64,000 nucleotides of DNA from Tubiluchus corallicola (lineage: Eukaryota > Animalia > Priapulida): contig JAQGDQ010000068.1 in the NCBI GenBank assembly GCA_030141605.1, positions 186,001 to 250,000 on the forward strand, written 5' to 3'. Shown in pieces: positions 48,618 to 63,774 of the stretch (its first letter is position 1; each line of letters begins with the position of its first letter). The translations under genes and the position numbers were made by a program. Under the pieces are notes generated by a model that searched no databases, was not told the origin of the DNA, and worked only from the letters and a program-made list of their open reading frames with translations.

Positions 48618-51600
48618 AGGTGATTTATTTAAGCTGACAAATGGTGGTGCTGAGCAGTTCTCGAGTCATTTTCAATTTTGTTAGCATTTAATGACATTCT
48701 CTATAGTTTTAGCCTTCCTATTATGTGATGATGTAATGTTGGAAAGGTTAGATTTCAAAAATGATTATTCTTTAAAAATCAGATACGATCAACTCTGCTT
48801 AGCTTGCCTCTGTTATTGTAATATTCGTGTTATTTCCTGTGAAATTTTAATAGTATCACTCAGCTTCTATACCTCTAATTCTATACCTCATGTAAGTGTG
48901 CTCATGATCACTGTGTTTTCATGATCACTGTGTTTTAACCACCCATCATGTATCATTTATCATGTATCGTGTAGCCTTCTGAAATTTTGACTGACGTGTT
49001 TACTTCCTAATAAAACCTTAACTGTACTAAAATAGGTTATCTTTTAGAAATTTGTCTTCTAAAGTTCAAGAAATATAAGCCACTTTTATACTTTCGTATT
49101 TTTTGATGAAAATTTTTGATAAAAGTGCTAGATGCAAAAACCTTAGAAATATAACCATTAAGGAAAATAATATATCAACCTTCCAAGTATAGCATTATTT
49201 TGCACAATGAAAACATTTTAAAACTTTTTAATGCCATTAAATTTTGTCCTCTAGTTTTTTCCAGTGTGTAGTTTGCTAGAATGGGCTGTTACGATAATCA
49301 TTTTTGTATCAATGTACTTGCTAAACCATGTGTTTCTTCACTTGTCTGCAAATGTTGTTTACCATAGAAGTCATATTTGTTCAGTTATGTAGACCTTTTC
49401 TACACTTTTGGGCATTTCTTGGTGACTTAAAGCATACTATTAATGACACATCCAGTACAAATATTTAATAATATCCACAAAAATTAATTTTAAAGATATA
49501 TTTAAATATATTTGATAAATTGATTCCAGTTTTCTAGTGTTACGCCATTCTGACTTTTTCTTTAGCTGGGGCATTCATTGTGTGATATCATAGTATGCTA
49601 CAGCACAATAATTGTGTCAATGAGTAAGGCAATTAAAATGTTTGGTTGCATTTTAATCCTGACTGCCTAATTGGTTTTTCATTTAACTCATTTACAGCAA
49701 TTTTATAGTCCTCGTATGTACAAGTTAAGCATAGTTGATTGTACATGTGTTTTTTGTCCAATCCAGAGTGTACTACATGCATTCTGATTTTTTCAGAGAG
49801 CAGTTTAATAAATGTCCATTCCGTGGGTTGAAATTCCAAAATTATTGAAAATTAGGTGATTTGTTTGTTGTTATAAACGTTTCAGGTTGTACTCCTCCAA
49901 CATCTGTTTTGGCACGTAGTGCAATTTTCAGAGATTTGCAACAATATATTCAATTTATTTCAGACTAGTGCAAAGTCCAAAACATAATAGTTAAACTTAG
50001 AGAGCAAACAAATTTTCTAGTAGTATTTTCTTAGTGCAGTAATCAACTGTAAAATTTGTTTATTCTCTGAAGCTTGACTTATGTTTTTAAGATTTCTCGC
50101 TAGTCTGCAATAAGTTGAGGCACATATGTGGCAGTTCACTAAAATTGAAATCTGCCATGACAGAAAAACGAATTAGAAGACACGAAACGCGCGCAAGAGA
50201 GCACAGTTGCTGCTACTAGCTGGCACTCCTGTCAGTGTTTAGTATTTTTGTTTACAATGCACCTAGCCGAAAATCATAGAAAACTCTAGAAAACTGAAAA
50301 TGTTATTTATAACTGTGTAAACCACTTGGTAATTATGTAATTTTTACTGCTTTCATGATGTGATGATTTTCTGGCCTGCTTTAATGATATGCAGTTAGAT
50401 ATTTTTCTAAAGAGGATGTGGGTATAAAATTAACTTCTCAAATGAATTGAATTAACATATTGTAACGTTGTGTATTGCAACACAACGTGGGACATTTGCA
50501 CGTCCTCGACAGCCCTGTGTACTGCGGTTGTGCCACTGACCGCCTCACTGTGTAACACGCAAGTGTTGTCCACAGGTAATGATGAACAAGTGAAAATGTC
50601 CCACATAGTGTTTTAAGGCTCGTAAAGACTGAAGATGGCACTGTGCGTTGAAATATGTTACTGGAGGAGTACAAATTGATTTGTATTAAGGTCAAACTCC
50701 TGAACTATGTCATAATGTTTTTGTTATGTTTTCATATTGTGGAAGAAAGTTGTGTGCAAAAATGCAAACTCTTTAAAGACCAGTTAACTAGTTCAATAAT
50801 TTTGTTGCTTTTTCTTCCTTTAGTTATTGCTATTACTGCTATGGTCAGCCTAAAAGCAACTTTGGACCCTGGATAGGCTGGGCTTAAGAAAATTTTGCTT
50901 CAACCCCAAGAACTTTATAAAAACTAAAAGTATGTGAATGTAGGTCTGTACATAGAACGATGGTGACATTCTTCCATTCCTGCATCAGTTATGACATAAT
51001 CTAAAATTAAACTCGAAGAGAAAAATTATATTCTTATGGTTATTTCACAGACAGATTATATATTATTGTGACATGAAATGCAGTTTTTCAAATGGTATTT
51101 TGTAAAAAAAATGCAGCTTTGATTTGTTTCCTCTCAATCACAGGTCTGTAGTGCCATAAATCTTGAACAGACTGTTTTTTCAGACAGTATGCACATTATC
51201 AATTGCAGTGTTTTGTATTATCTTAAACTGATTTACTTAAGAATGGGATGTGAAATATCGAAACACTAGCTACCATTACACATGCATGTGCTGTTTCATG
51301 TTTTTGCATTCTTTTATGTATGTATTTTCGAGATGGATGGTGTGATGGCAATCTTAGTTTTCAAATAAAACATAACTAGCGGCTAGTAGTTATTGTTACT
51401 TAAAATAAAAAAAATTATCATTAGATTGAAAAAAATGTCATATATTACTTTTATGTATGTATTTGTTCACTTGTTTAACATTAGTAGGTGCACCTTGGAC
51501 TATTGAACCCTGGGCTGCAGCCTACTTAATCCTTACTTAAATCTGGCTTTGAGCTGTGAGAAGTAAGTTTCATATATTACATGTGTTGGCATGCCTGTAA

Positions 51601-52786
51601 ATGTTAATAGTGCATAGAGCCAAACAACTTAATCTCTAATACAGTGTACAACATGTAATGTGACTGTTGCACATGAAGAATGTAATACCATCCTACCATG
51701 TTTCTGGCACTTACACAAGTCCCAAGTAGCATAGTATAGGTGCTGTAGAGTAAAAGTACAACACCCTGCTAGTTTACTGTACTGTAAAAGTGCTCAAAAC
51801 TTATTCTTATTGCTAGTGAAACTTTAGCCTGTATGCGATCATATTCAGTGCTGTAATCAGTATGTGTGAACAGAATTTCAGAACATTGCCAGTTGACTAT
51901 ATACACTATCATTGGGTATATGTGTGCGTGTGTGTGTGACTTGAGATTTAAATAATTATTATGGGCACAGTAGCATTCATTTAGTAAATTTGTTGCTGTG
52001 AAAAAAATATGTAAAACAACATTTTTCAACAATTAAGTGGGTGAATGAATAGGGCAGTGTGGTATCACATTAGTGCTGTGATATTTATGGTTTAATAAAA
52101 GTGGAATCACTTTATCCGTTGTTATTACTATGTTGAAAATAAGTTACTGTTGGTGTGCTTTCAGTGGTGTGACAGTATTTTGTTAATTTACAATAGTACT
52201 ACAGTATATCTGTACATTGATTTGATAGCAATACCTATTTTTATGTCTTAGGTATATTTCTTTGTGTTTAGTGGTACTGTTTATTTCATAATTTAAAAAA
52301 GACCAATGACTAACTATGTGAGAGATTTGTGTTTATAACATATGTATATGTAAGGCACGAAAATTTACACCCATTTTTCAAATAGTGTAAGAGGATTTAA
52401 TTTTGTGTTGTATATTACAGTTTTATTCAAATTTCTAGCGTTAGAAATTACTAAATTAATATTTTATTAAGCCGCGTACTTTTGTGCTAAATTTATTCGT
52501 CTCAAAAGAATTGTTTGAATTTTGTTCTGACTAAGTTGAATTCATTTCTGGTATACATGTCTGAATTTATTGAAACTCTAATTATGATAATATTATATAT
52601 GCATGCACGATTTTAGTTGTAGAATCAGAATATTTATTCTAAAGCTTGTGATATATATGTATACCTTATATTTGTGTGTAATTATGAGCTCCTTATAATT
52701 AATGCTTACTGTAATTTGGCTTTTTGGTTGGTTATGATTTTGAAATCAAATTGTTTGTACACATTGTATATTGATTCTGTATATGG

Positions 52787-52948
52787 AATAAAGTGGAAGT
52801 GGTACCTAAGTATCTATTGTGCGTTATCGTGTAATTGAGTTTATACTGTGGTTACATGTGTATGTATGTTAGAGTAATTGTATTAACTATCCTTGATGAG
52901 CTTGCCAAAACAGAAATGTAATTTTTACATTAGATGTAAGACTTTATT
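52787..52948. terminator. Candidate convergent poly(A) signals of GOLM (+, AATAAA 52787-52792) and CSPG4 (-, 52943-52948)
   Basis: Hexamers flank a visible switch from T/G-rich to A/C-rich strand composition; inference only. Confidence 0.35.
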
Positions 52949-54460
52949 TTACACACAACATTCAATACACATTCAATACTGATAGGCCTACATAAAACTT
53001 AAGATTTTTGACTCATAGTTGGGAAATGAGTTACAGAGCATACAGAATATACAACTAAAAGTAACTGGCCTATCTATCTTTGTGTATGCTATAATCACGA
53101 GTTGAGTATATTTCTTCAACATACTTCAATACATTATTTTAGAACGACAATCAACATTGAGAATGACATTTAGAGTGAGTTGGTATGCTTAAACACAGCG
53201 TAACTACAGTCGTTTCTAACTTGATATGGTTTGGAATGCAAAAGGCAGGTGGGCAGAAAGCAGAAGTAAACAATACAGTCAAGCCTCTCTTAGTGAAGGG
53301 TGAAGTGACAATAACATGGCCATTTATAGCGAGTTATGGTTTGTCTGGCAGGTAAATAATCTTATTTATCTTTTTCGAAAATAGCTGCTGTTTGTTTTAA
53401 TCAACACTTTATAATCAATAGGTTATGATACTCGTATACAGTTATAGCATTAGAAGCTCAATATGTACATGAAAACTAAAGTATTAACCAATTCTAAAAG
53501 TAACATAAATAGTCAATAAATAGGTAAATTGTAAATAATATATACAACACGATTGACAATAGATTCTAGTCTATGCAACAGATAGAAATTGACTCAGTTT
53601 TGTTTACCAGTTCAGTAAACAAATACTGTCCTAAAATTTAAATAAACAATCATGTGCTTTTTACTTGCACAAGAACAGTTTACACTTTCTGTTAGCTCAT
53701 AAAACACACACCGAAATGGTAGCACAGTTTGTCACAGCACATCAAAGGTTTTGCATATAAGCACAGAATTCCTGTATAAACGTCTAGAGTTTTGATAGCT
53801 CAGGCCTATATTAAAATCCTTCATTTTAATAGTACGATTAAAAGTGTAAATGCCTTTCAAACTGAGTACTAAATCAAGAAAATTTAATAATTTGACATTT
53901 TTATGTTTTAAACCCCATTCCACAGAAGTAATTTCTGCATCTTAGTGAACACAGTGTAATGTTTTGAATGTGCTTAAAATGTAAGTACATAAATTTGATA
54001 TTTTGTTGATGAAAAATTACCTCACAATAATAAATAGTAAATAAATGCATACAATTGCATAGCCTTCATTAATAAAAATGAAAGCATGGCAGCTAAGTAA
54101 AAATTTGGCCTTACATCTAAATGCACTAATAATGTGTAGTAACACAGGTGGTAACACTTGTTACAGGTAATGGGAAAATAATACTGTGTGATTGATACAA
54201 TACAGATGAGGTGAAGTTTTGATTGCACAGCTTTTGTACACAATATATACAAAAATAAATAACTTACTTTTTACTTTCTGAATGACAATCTAACACAACT
54301 ATTCAAATAGTAACCGAGAATGCGTTTGTACAGGGTATTAGCTTGTAGCCGTAAACATATTATTCGATACAAGACAGTGTAGCCAGTTCATGGCTAAATT
54401 AGATTTTGAAAAGCTGAGATCATTGCTGCAATTAGAACCATGCAACAGATTTTTTATTTA

Positions 54461-57400
54461 CTACACCCAATACTGATTATTTCGTAATGCTGGTTGCGTA
54501 CTGTGCTGAAGGTCAGGATCATAGGGATCCCACGACAGCCGGTTATCGTGTTCTTCCTCCTCTTCGTCACTGTCAGTCTCTACCGATCTGGAATCTGTGA
54601 CATCACCTCTATAATGCTTTGGAACTGTCTGCGAGTGTGACCTTTCTGTGCTTAGTGTGTCAGCATAATACGCTCGTGGCACCAGAGGCGTTACTCGACA
54701 CTGCGGTAATGCGCGACTGATTTCCGTTTTTGATGGATATGCATAATTGTCTGTCAGATGCAAAGTGCTTGGTGTTCCGTCGCCAACACCATCAAGGTCA
54801 TCATGAAGGTGTTCAATGTGTCCGTTAGAATGTGGCCACATTGCTGCCTGGGCTTCTTTTTCTTTTTCTTTCAGATGGTTTGAACGACAACGGAATATTG
54901 CAACAATCATAAATGCAAGAAAGGCTATCAACACTACGCCACAGACGAGACCAATGATGAGGAAATCGTCTTCACTTATGCGTGGTCTAAAAATGTCCCC
55001 CATTCCAGCTTCTACTATGGATGGCATTTTAGACGTGTGTTCTGTTGAAGTGGAGACTAATGTTGATGTTGAGGTGACATTTAATGCTGGTGTTAAATAA
55101 GGTGTACTGATTACAGAAGTGTCAGTTGTTGAAACTATGCTCACTGAGGTCACGAAAGTAGTGGAAGTCATTGCTATTGTGGAAGTGAAACTTGGAGGCT
55201 GTAGTTGAATTGTAAATGAGCCTGTTGCTGGCTGAACTCCCGGTGCCATTAGCATAAATGAAAAGCTGTCCTGTTTACCTACTAAACTTTCACGATTTCC
55301 AACTTCGTAAAATACATTTCCATCTTCTATATCACTTTGTGAGAAATAGTTTGCTGACTTTTTCGAATGTTTAGCACCTGCTTTAGGGCTATCGACTGTT
55401 GCACTATGCAAATATTCTGTCCGTACATAATTGTCACCCACGGGTACAGCATATCGAGCTGAACGTTTTTTAGGATCTATGCGTACAAGTTTTCCAAACA
55501 GTGGCCCTTGTTGTATCATAAATTTTGGGTCATCTCCAGTTAAGTCTGCCAATCTGCTTGCGTCTAGTACATCAAGGGTGATCTGGGAACTTCCTCCAAC
55601 AGCTGCATTTAAAACTGATTGATACAAGAGTGGTTGTACAGTTATATTCATAACTAAATCTTGCACGGCATGTTCGGGATTTGACACCGTAAATATGAAA
55701 TTGTCATTAGGTACCGAGGAATCTGTTTGCACATAAAAAACACGACTACTGTCTACATCAACCTGACTGAAACTGGTCACTTCAGATCCATTTACAATTA
55801 AAAGTCCATACTGCGGTTTACCAGTTACATTGTAAAGAACTTTGCTTTTGTGACCGTTAGTAGCTGCACCCATGCTCGCACAGGTTACCGTTGTGTTAAA
55901 TTCACCTTGCATTATCTTAACATCTGTGAAGTTCACCATTTTTAACATTAGCTGTATAATATCAATGATAAATACTCGATCTTGCGGCGGAAATAGCCCA
56001 TCAGAAACCCGAAAATAAAAAGCATCGCGGTTGCCAATTGAACCATCATGTTCATAATATAAAGCATTGTTGTCCACGTCAGCTTGTGTGAATGAATGTA
56101 TGTCATGACCTGGATCAGTGAGATGGTAGATTTTACCCACACTAGGACCACTACGGATTTCATACCTAACATAAGAAGCAATTTTTTTAATGAAACAGAA
56201 ACAACAAACATTGCGTCTTAGTAACAGACAAATTGGCCTGTTGGAAATAGCACATACTAACAGCCAACAGTTATCGTAAAAAATATATATAACCAGGTGC
56301 AAAGTACAAAAACTAAATGGTCACTACTTCTAAGACAACTCCCAATAGTCATGAAAGTAAGTTATGAATTATAATAAACTAAATTAGCAGAAGAGATGCA
56401 TAATTACCTGATTTTTTCTGCAGGTGTATCAGGATCCCGAGTTTCTAGATGCTTTTGTGTAATGGCAGCAATGTATCCTTGTACAACTTCTAGTCGAGGA
56501 GATTGTGTCAACAAGACAAACGGCTGATCATTCATTGGTATTACATTAATATCTATTTCAGCATCCTTTCTGTACATATCTAGAGATGGGATGTCTTCCA
56601 GCAAAAGAATAAACTTGAACTTATCTTTTGAAGAATCAGAATGATCGTGATGGTAAGTGAGATGATGATTTTCCATATCTTTGAATGTAAATGTCTGATA
56701 TTCTTCTATAGGGATATTTTTTAGCTTCAGTACCCCATGAACAGGTAACTGTGTTGCTTGGAACACAAATTCCGGTTCTGCCAGGCCATGTTGTGGTAAT
56801 ACCTCTTTGGCTGTTTTCAAGTTAATAACATCAGACATTATAATTGATGTAGCACCTTCTAAAACTTCAACGTCCTTCACAACGAGCAGATCTTCCATTT
56901 CGCTGAAGATTTCTGGTGATATCGTGATAGGCATCACTTCGTTATATATAGTATTTCCATATTTTGCGGAAATGTCAAATGAGAACGCATCTTTCGCTGG
57001 CATTGCTTCAGGAACTTTAATGTTTCTGTAAGCAATTAATTCTTTATCGACATCTCCTTGAGTAAATGAATCTACTAATTGAGATGCTCCATCTTCGGGA
57101 AAAATTCTTATTATTTCTCCAAATTCTGGTTTATTCACAAGAACATAGTCAATGTTGTGAGCAGGTACATGATGATCTGTGACTGATCGCAAATACCGAC
57201 GCGTGATCTTGTGCGTAGAGCCAGGCACAACCTATACAATATACGTATAACCAAATTAATGTAAACTATATTACTGCAATCAAAAGTTGTCACATACTCT
57301 AAAACCATCACCATTAAATGAAGTGTCTTTGCAAGAACAATTCCAGTCAGTGTTACCATACATGTTGCATTATTAATATGGAACACAATTTAATGGTCTA

Positions 57401-60400
57401 GTGAAATAATGTAATTTCTTGTCAATGCTTCATCATAAAATCTAATAACTTACTAAATTGTACATTAGCCTGAAGCTGAAGAAAAGAGATTGTGTTGACA
57501 TTTAAAGAGTACATCGCTTCATTACCCAAATTTGATTTGTGAATTTTATCTGGCAGCTAGCTGTTGCCGATGTGCAAATATTGCCGTGCATTTACATAAT
57601 TAAATTTTACGTTAAGCATAAATTTGGCTTGAAAACGTATATGAGTTTTTGACACATTGATATAGTTTTGTGATATTGGTGCATGTTTTTATTCGGCACA
57701 AGTGACAATTCATAAGCCACCACTTGGGAAGTTGACATAAACTAACAGGACTGTAATTATAGATTTGGTAATCACAAATGCAACTTTTAGAGATGAGTAC
57801 ACTAGTCATATTTTCAGGATCTGTAGGTACCTATATGTAATTTACTAAAAAACCATGGCACTTATGTCCCTAAGCAATTTTTATTGCTGCTTTATTGATA
57901 CTGTTTAAATAATTGACTATTATGATTGTTTTCAACTTGTATTGCAGTTCCTTATTTAGATTATGTACAGATTGTATGCCGTGTTTCGAATTAAAAATGG
58001 CACTTCCTTTTCATGTTGAAAGTTCGACAAAGAGATTTCTGCCAGTAACCCAAGCAACAAGTTATTTTACTCAGTTTTATAAATCTGTTCATTTGAACTT
58101 ACTCTCAACTCATACTTGGCAGCGATGGAAACATGGATAAGGTTTGCTGTAACAATGAACTCTTGTTTAGGTAGAACATTAACTCCATCTGTTATCGTAA
58201 ATGTGAAACCACCATCTAGCGACGATCCTGAAAAAACTCAGTTAATAAGTTTGTAAGATCATAGTGTGTACAAAATCATGTTAAGCTGAATAATCAGCAG
58301 TTTAACATGGTGTTAAGTAAGGAACACTAGTGTTCAGCTAATTTAAAAAAAACGAAACAGGATAAATTTTGCCAGCCATCATTTTTGTAACTTCTATTAA
58401 TTATGCATGTTGCACACACAAACTAGTTATCATTTTGCAACTAGTTTAAATGTGAAGCTTTGGTTACTCGTTTATTGAGGTTTTTCTATCCAGCTGTCTG
58501 GATTGTCATTTAAAATGCCATTTATTGTTGCTGTAGAATCCACTTTTTATGACTATGTCATTTAGAACACCATTTATCGTTCCAATTGAAATGTTGTTTC
58601 AAAAGATTTAAAATACAGAGTAACTCTATTGTGACATCACAATATAAAAATTGACTAAAAACTAAATTACATGAATGACAATGAGAAGGAGACGGGCATC
58701 ACTGCAAAATAGACTGTTTTATAGAGTTACTTCACGAGTAATCCCACCAAAAAAGTCAGTTGCTGACAGCATATTTATATGTATCTAAACTACGAGTTCA
58801 AGTTTCCTGCAAACAATGCTTTGATAAAGACCTCTGCTAATAACATACCAATTAAAATGTTTCTTACTACAAACGTTAGTGTATGAACAGGAAATGCTTT
58901 GAATACTTACCTTTTTGCACAAACATCACTTGATTGCTGTCAATCATTTCCTGTGTAAAACTCACAAGTGCAGCTTCAGGAAATGAAGTTACAGCTACAT
59001 AGCCCCCTCTTGGATTGCTTATTTCATATTTTAGCTCATCGGGCCTATTATCTTCATCTATAAACAAATCAAAACGTTGGAACAATCCTAGTAAAGTAGT
59101 TTTAAGGAAAAGGAGAATGGTCGCTGGCTTAATAAGTTTTCTTACAGTACCTACAGTGAACTGCTTAGGTCAAATTTATTATGACTATCAGTGCTTTTTC
59201 GGGAATTGTGCATAATACTGAATTTTTTGTTGATGGTTTGGTTTTGTAAAATGCACGATTATTTTGCCTTTCGATTAGGATAAAGTTGCTCTCGGTGTTG
59301 GTTTCTAGATGCAGCATTCTCTAATTCTTTTACACACAGCATGCTAGCATAGATAACAGACAGATAATTCAGTGGACTATAGTGGTAAAATTGAAGGAAA
59401 CTAAACCAATGCTAAGTTTGGTAAATTAGGCAAAGAAGCATTGGCAACAAGGGAGGTGCCAGTGCCTGAACTCTCTGAACCATAAATGGCACACAGCAGT
59501 TCAAATTTGGCTTAGCTTCTTTCTAGCTCTTGTCGCAATTTTACTGCCGGAAATATGCTCTTCGATTCCTGAAGTTACACACAACTAATCTATCTTCACA
59601 TCACACAATGCAGTACAGCCCTGAGAAGCAGTTGGGAACATTCACTAGAATTCAAACATTTACTAGACACACACAGTGGCTCTCTGCATTTGTAACCATC
59701 ACCTCTGCTCATTAATTCATCAGGGAACATCACACTTGCAATGATACAATCACCTCAACAATTAAATTCCTTTGCCTAACAAAATGTAATACAAGTATAT
59801 GTCTAATGTTAACTATAGTTCAACCAGATTCTATGCATTTGAATTTCACCAATCGCACTTTCTCACAGCCTAGAACAATGACAAGCAGATCTTAAGCCAA
59901 AAATCAGTCTTAGCACTATACGGTAGGAAAAGTAAATAAAGCACTATTTGCAAATATAAAGCAAAATATCCATTACCTTTAACTAACAAATTCTCTCTGG
60001 TAACTGGTGTCTCTGATCCAGCCCATACAGTCAGACCCGTGTTGTGTATGACTTTTGGCACTTCATCTCGTAAGTTTTTCACAGTAACATTTACCCACTG
60101 AATGCTGCTTTCTGCCTTATCCTCATCTCTCTGTGCCTTTATACTAAATGAATCTGATGTCATACTGTCATTGTGTACATAATAAATTACTTCTTTTTGC
60201 AGATCAGTCGAGGTGAATTGAGTTAAAGGCTGCCCAGTTATTCGCATGTTTTCTACCCAGCCATGAACAGGTTGATTGATAATATAATATGTAAAAGTAC
60301 TAGATATATCTGGTATAGAGATATGCTCCTCAGAAAGTAATTTACTTCCTTGTGATTTAACACTAATGTCTACCACTTGCAATGAAAATCCAGAAGGGAT

Positions 60401-63400
60401 GATCTCTATATCAAACACTAGGTTACGGACTGTCTTAATCCCATTTGTAACATCAAAGATAAAGGCATCTTCTACAGCTCGAGGTTCTGTTTGTACATAT
60501 TCAACATTACCATTATCAATATCTGCTTGTGTGAACTTTGTCGCATACATTACCATTCCACCTTCAACAGTTTTCGAAGTCGTGGTAGTCGTAGTAGTTG
60601 TAGTAACAATATGAAGCCTTAAGATCCCCTTCGTTGGTGGCATTTTGACATTGTACACGATTCTCGATGCATCAATTGCAGGATGTACAACTTTAAGATT
60701 TTGTTCATTCAATACTGCAACAGAACCTTCTCGAACTACAATCGTTCGGTTTTCAATAACTTTTGGTGGTTCTACAATGGATGGCAGAAAAACATTGATG
60801 AGGAATCTGGCTTTAACAGCCGTTCGGCCAGCTTTTGCAACAAACTCGAATGAGTCATCCAGTGATACATCGTCATCGTGCACATAAGTAATAATACCGG
60901 CATTTATATCAGCTTGGGTAAAAGCATTTACTTCTACACCATTGTTGCGGACTGTACCAAAAACTGCACTGCGTGTTATGGTATAGGCCATATCTGCTGG
61001 ATTAGCATTCACGTTTGTCTCAACACTCAAATTAAAGTTTGTTATTATTACCTCGCTACCTCTGGCACATTCGACTCCTGTGTTATTCACAACAGACAGG
61101 AAAGGGTCTGATGCTCTGATTTCCAGCAAGCCTGTTGAATAAAATAAACCATCAGTAACTTGAATAACCGTTTTGTCATAATCAGCACCAGAATGACGAA
61201 ACAAAAGCTTCTTGTCCTTCAAGTCTCTTTGAGTGAAACGGTAAACTTCTTTTGAAGGATTGTCAACACGTACTAAATCGCCATTTGCCATTCCTCTTCG
61301 TGTATACTCTAGATCATCATCATTAAAATCCTTATCGGGATCCATGTAACAAATATCATCGATAGTTAATAAGCGTTCTCCATTGTAGACAACGTGAAAC
61401 ACCTTGTTGATAACACGTACAGGAGGATTGTCATTCCGCAAGATCACTTCAATTTGCAATGAAATGTTAGTACTTTTTGTGGATGATGAATATTGAGACA
61501 GGACAGGAGCAGCAGTGAATTGAACCACATCACGATCATGCTCAGAGTCATCATGTTGATAGATGATCCTCATGTCTTTCAAATCTTGGCTAGTAAATAT
61601 TGTTATGTTAGGATCGGTGATATGTGTTAACCCTCTATTAATTCCCTGCATCATTCCATAACTTGGGTACTGGATAATCTCAAACAAGTACTTATCTTTG
61701 TTCTTTGATTCAATCCATAAAACATCTTTGGATATGATACCCATTGCTCCTTCAAGAACTTGTAGTTTACGTTTGTGAACTTTTACAGAATTGTCATCTG
61801 GCTTGTAACGGATGAAAAACATTTCGGATGGAAGTACAGCATGACGTGCAGCAACACGAAACTCAAAATTGTCGTGAACAGTTGTGTATGGATCATAGTC
61901 AAATCTATATGACAATAATCCAGCATCAATGTCTGCTTGTGTAAAATTTGCACCTTCAACAAACTTCTGATCTTCCCCTTTAACAAGATAGCCATACCGT
62001 GGGTTTGACAGAAGTGTAAAAACAATTTCCAAAGGTGGTGCATTATCAGTGCTTTTAATTTGGAGATGATTAGTTGATATTACTGCCTGTTCTTCATTAT
62101 TAAGGACTAGCTCAGTATTATGCATCAAGTCTATTCTATAGCTCATAAATTCGATTTCAAATAACTCGCGCTGACTTGTAATGTTACCACATGTAACCGT
62201 GAAGGCAAAACTGTCAAATGATGGTCGACCCTTAACATGAATATAACGTATTTTATCACGGTCAATTTGCTTTTGAAGAACAGAGTCGGCTGGTATCCAG
62301 CCATCAATATTCCTCATCTTTTCTATGCGGCCATATTTTGGTGCATTGACAATATGGAATACAGTAGGTGGCAAATCCCTACTTGCAATTGAACTTGGAA
62401 GACCATTTGTAAAAGTGAGATTTTCGCTGTGGATGATAACGTCTGTGTGATGTGGCAAACTTACTCCTGTGTTTGTGACTTTACGTAGGTTGATGTTATG
62501 TGCTATAATTTTAAACATTACTTGAGTGCTCTCTACAATTCCATCCGTAACAGTCAGAAGAACAGGGCAAGAAACCTTGCCACCAAGATGGACAAAACTA
62601 ATTTTTCCACGGTCAATATCTTTTTGAGTAAATTCAGTCCTACGATGTCCAACTGCACTCTCGTGTTGAAAGTATCCGCCCATATGTTGGCTTTCCCAAA
62701 CTGTATACATTAACTTATGTGATGGTGTATCTACATCCAAGGCTTGTACCATGCTGCTAGTTAGAATGAGGCGGTGAGCTGCTACCATATGAAGTTGATT
62801 ACCAGAATTTAAAATGATCCTAGGAGGGTCATTTACAGGCATAACTTCGATACTAAATGTGAACGTATGCTTGCGCTTTAATGCAGGAGGCAAGTCTAGT
62901 CCACCAACAAATAGCAGCTCCAATGTGAGCGAATCAGCAGATGCTTCAGAACCATCATGAATGTATGTGATTTTCTCCAAGTTAAGATCTTGAATAGTGA
63001 AAGTGTCCTCACCATGTTTTGTAGATGTCTTGATCTCAATAGTGCCATGGTTAGGCTGAGAAATAACCTTAAATATTACACCAGTATTAGAAATTCCATA
63101 ATTTTGATAATCTACAATCACATTAATATTGGCAGAAGTAATTAGTTCTCGAGTTCCTTCATCTAATTTTAAAGGATGTACAGCTATAACTGGCACATCA
63201 ACATCTGTGTTTGAGTCGCCACTTAACTCTTCCCAATGATGGCCACTTTTAGTACATTTTTCATATGGACACTTACAGATAAAATCATTTACACCGTGTT
63301 GCTGACACATAGCTCCCTCTATGCAAGGTTCATACAAACAAGTATAGACGTATAAACAATCTGCCTTGATTCCAAGTGACGTAGTCATTTCTTCGAAACC

Positions 63401-63774
63401 AGTTAACTTGTTATTAATCTTGATATTATGAACACAACCCGATAATGAAAATGCATCTATTGAACTAAGGAGAGTGACTAGACCATGCTGTATTGCTCGC
63501 TTGCGGTTGTTCACATCTATGCCTCCAACGTACAGGTGACCGGTTAGGTCCAAGTGCTTGCTCCCACCAATGTTTAACTGAAGACTTTCTGGCACTCCAT
63601 CAACTGAAACTTCTGCAATACTAGCTGCAAAAGATGCAGAAATATGGTGCCAAAGGCCATCATTTACAGTTAGTTTTGAATAGACTTCAATGTGTCCATT
63701 GCCTTGATTTAGTGACAACTTTATCAGTCCATTAACAAGCTCCAGTGCAAAAAAGTCAGGCATTGTTATTGCAC
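54461..63774 (-). CDS. CSPG4: Chondroitin sulfate proteoglycan 4 (NG2 / kon-tiki / perdido) ortholog, 5'-incomplete; exons 63774-59977, 59057-58911, 58227-58103, 57231-56408, 56165-54461 (about 2200 codons visible)
   Basis: Laminin-G domain (NDGLWHHI...GHLYVGG...SGC), EGF-like module, many cadherin-like CSPG repeats (FTQADID...YxH), S/T-rich stalk, TM helix FLIIGLVCGVVLIAFLAFMIVAIF, C-terminal NNQYWV PDZ motif. Splice phases 1, 1, 0, 2 are consistent. Confidence 0.95.
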
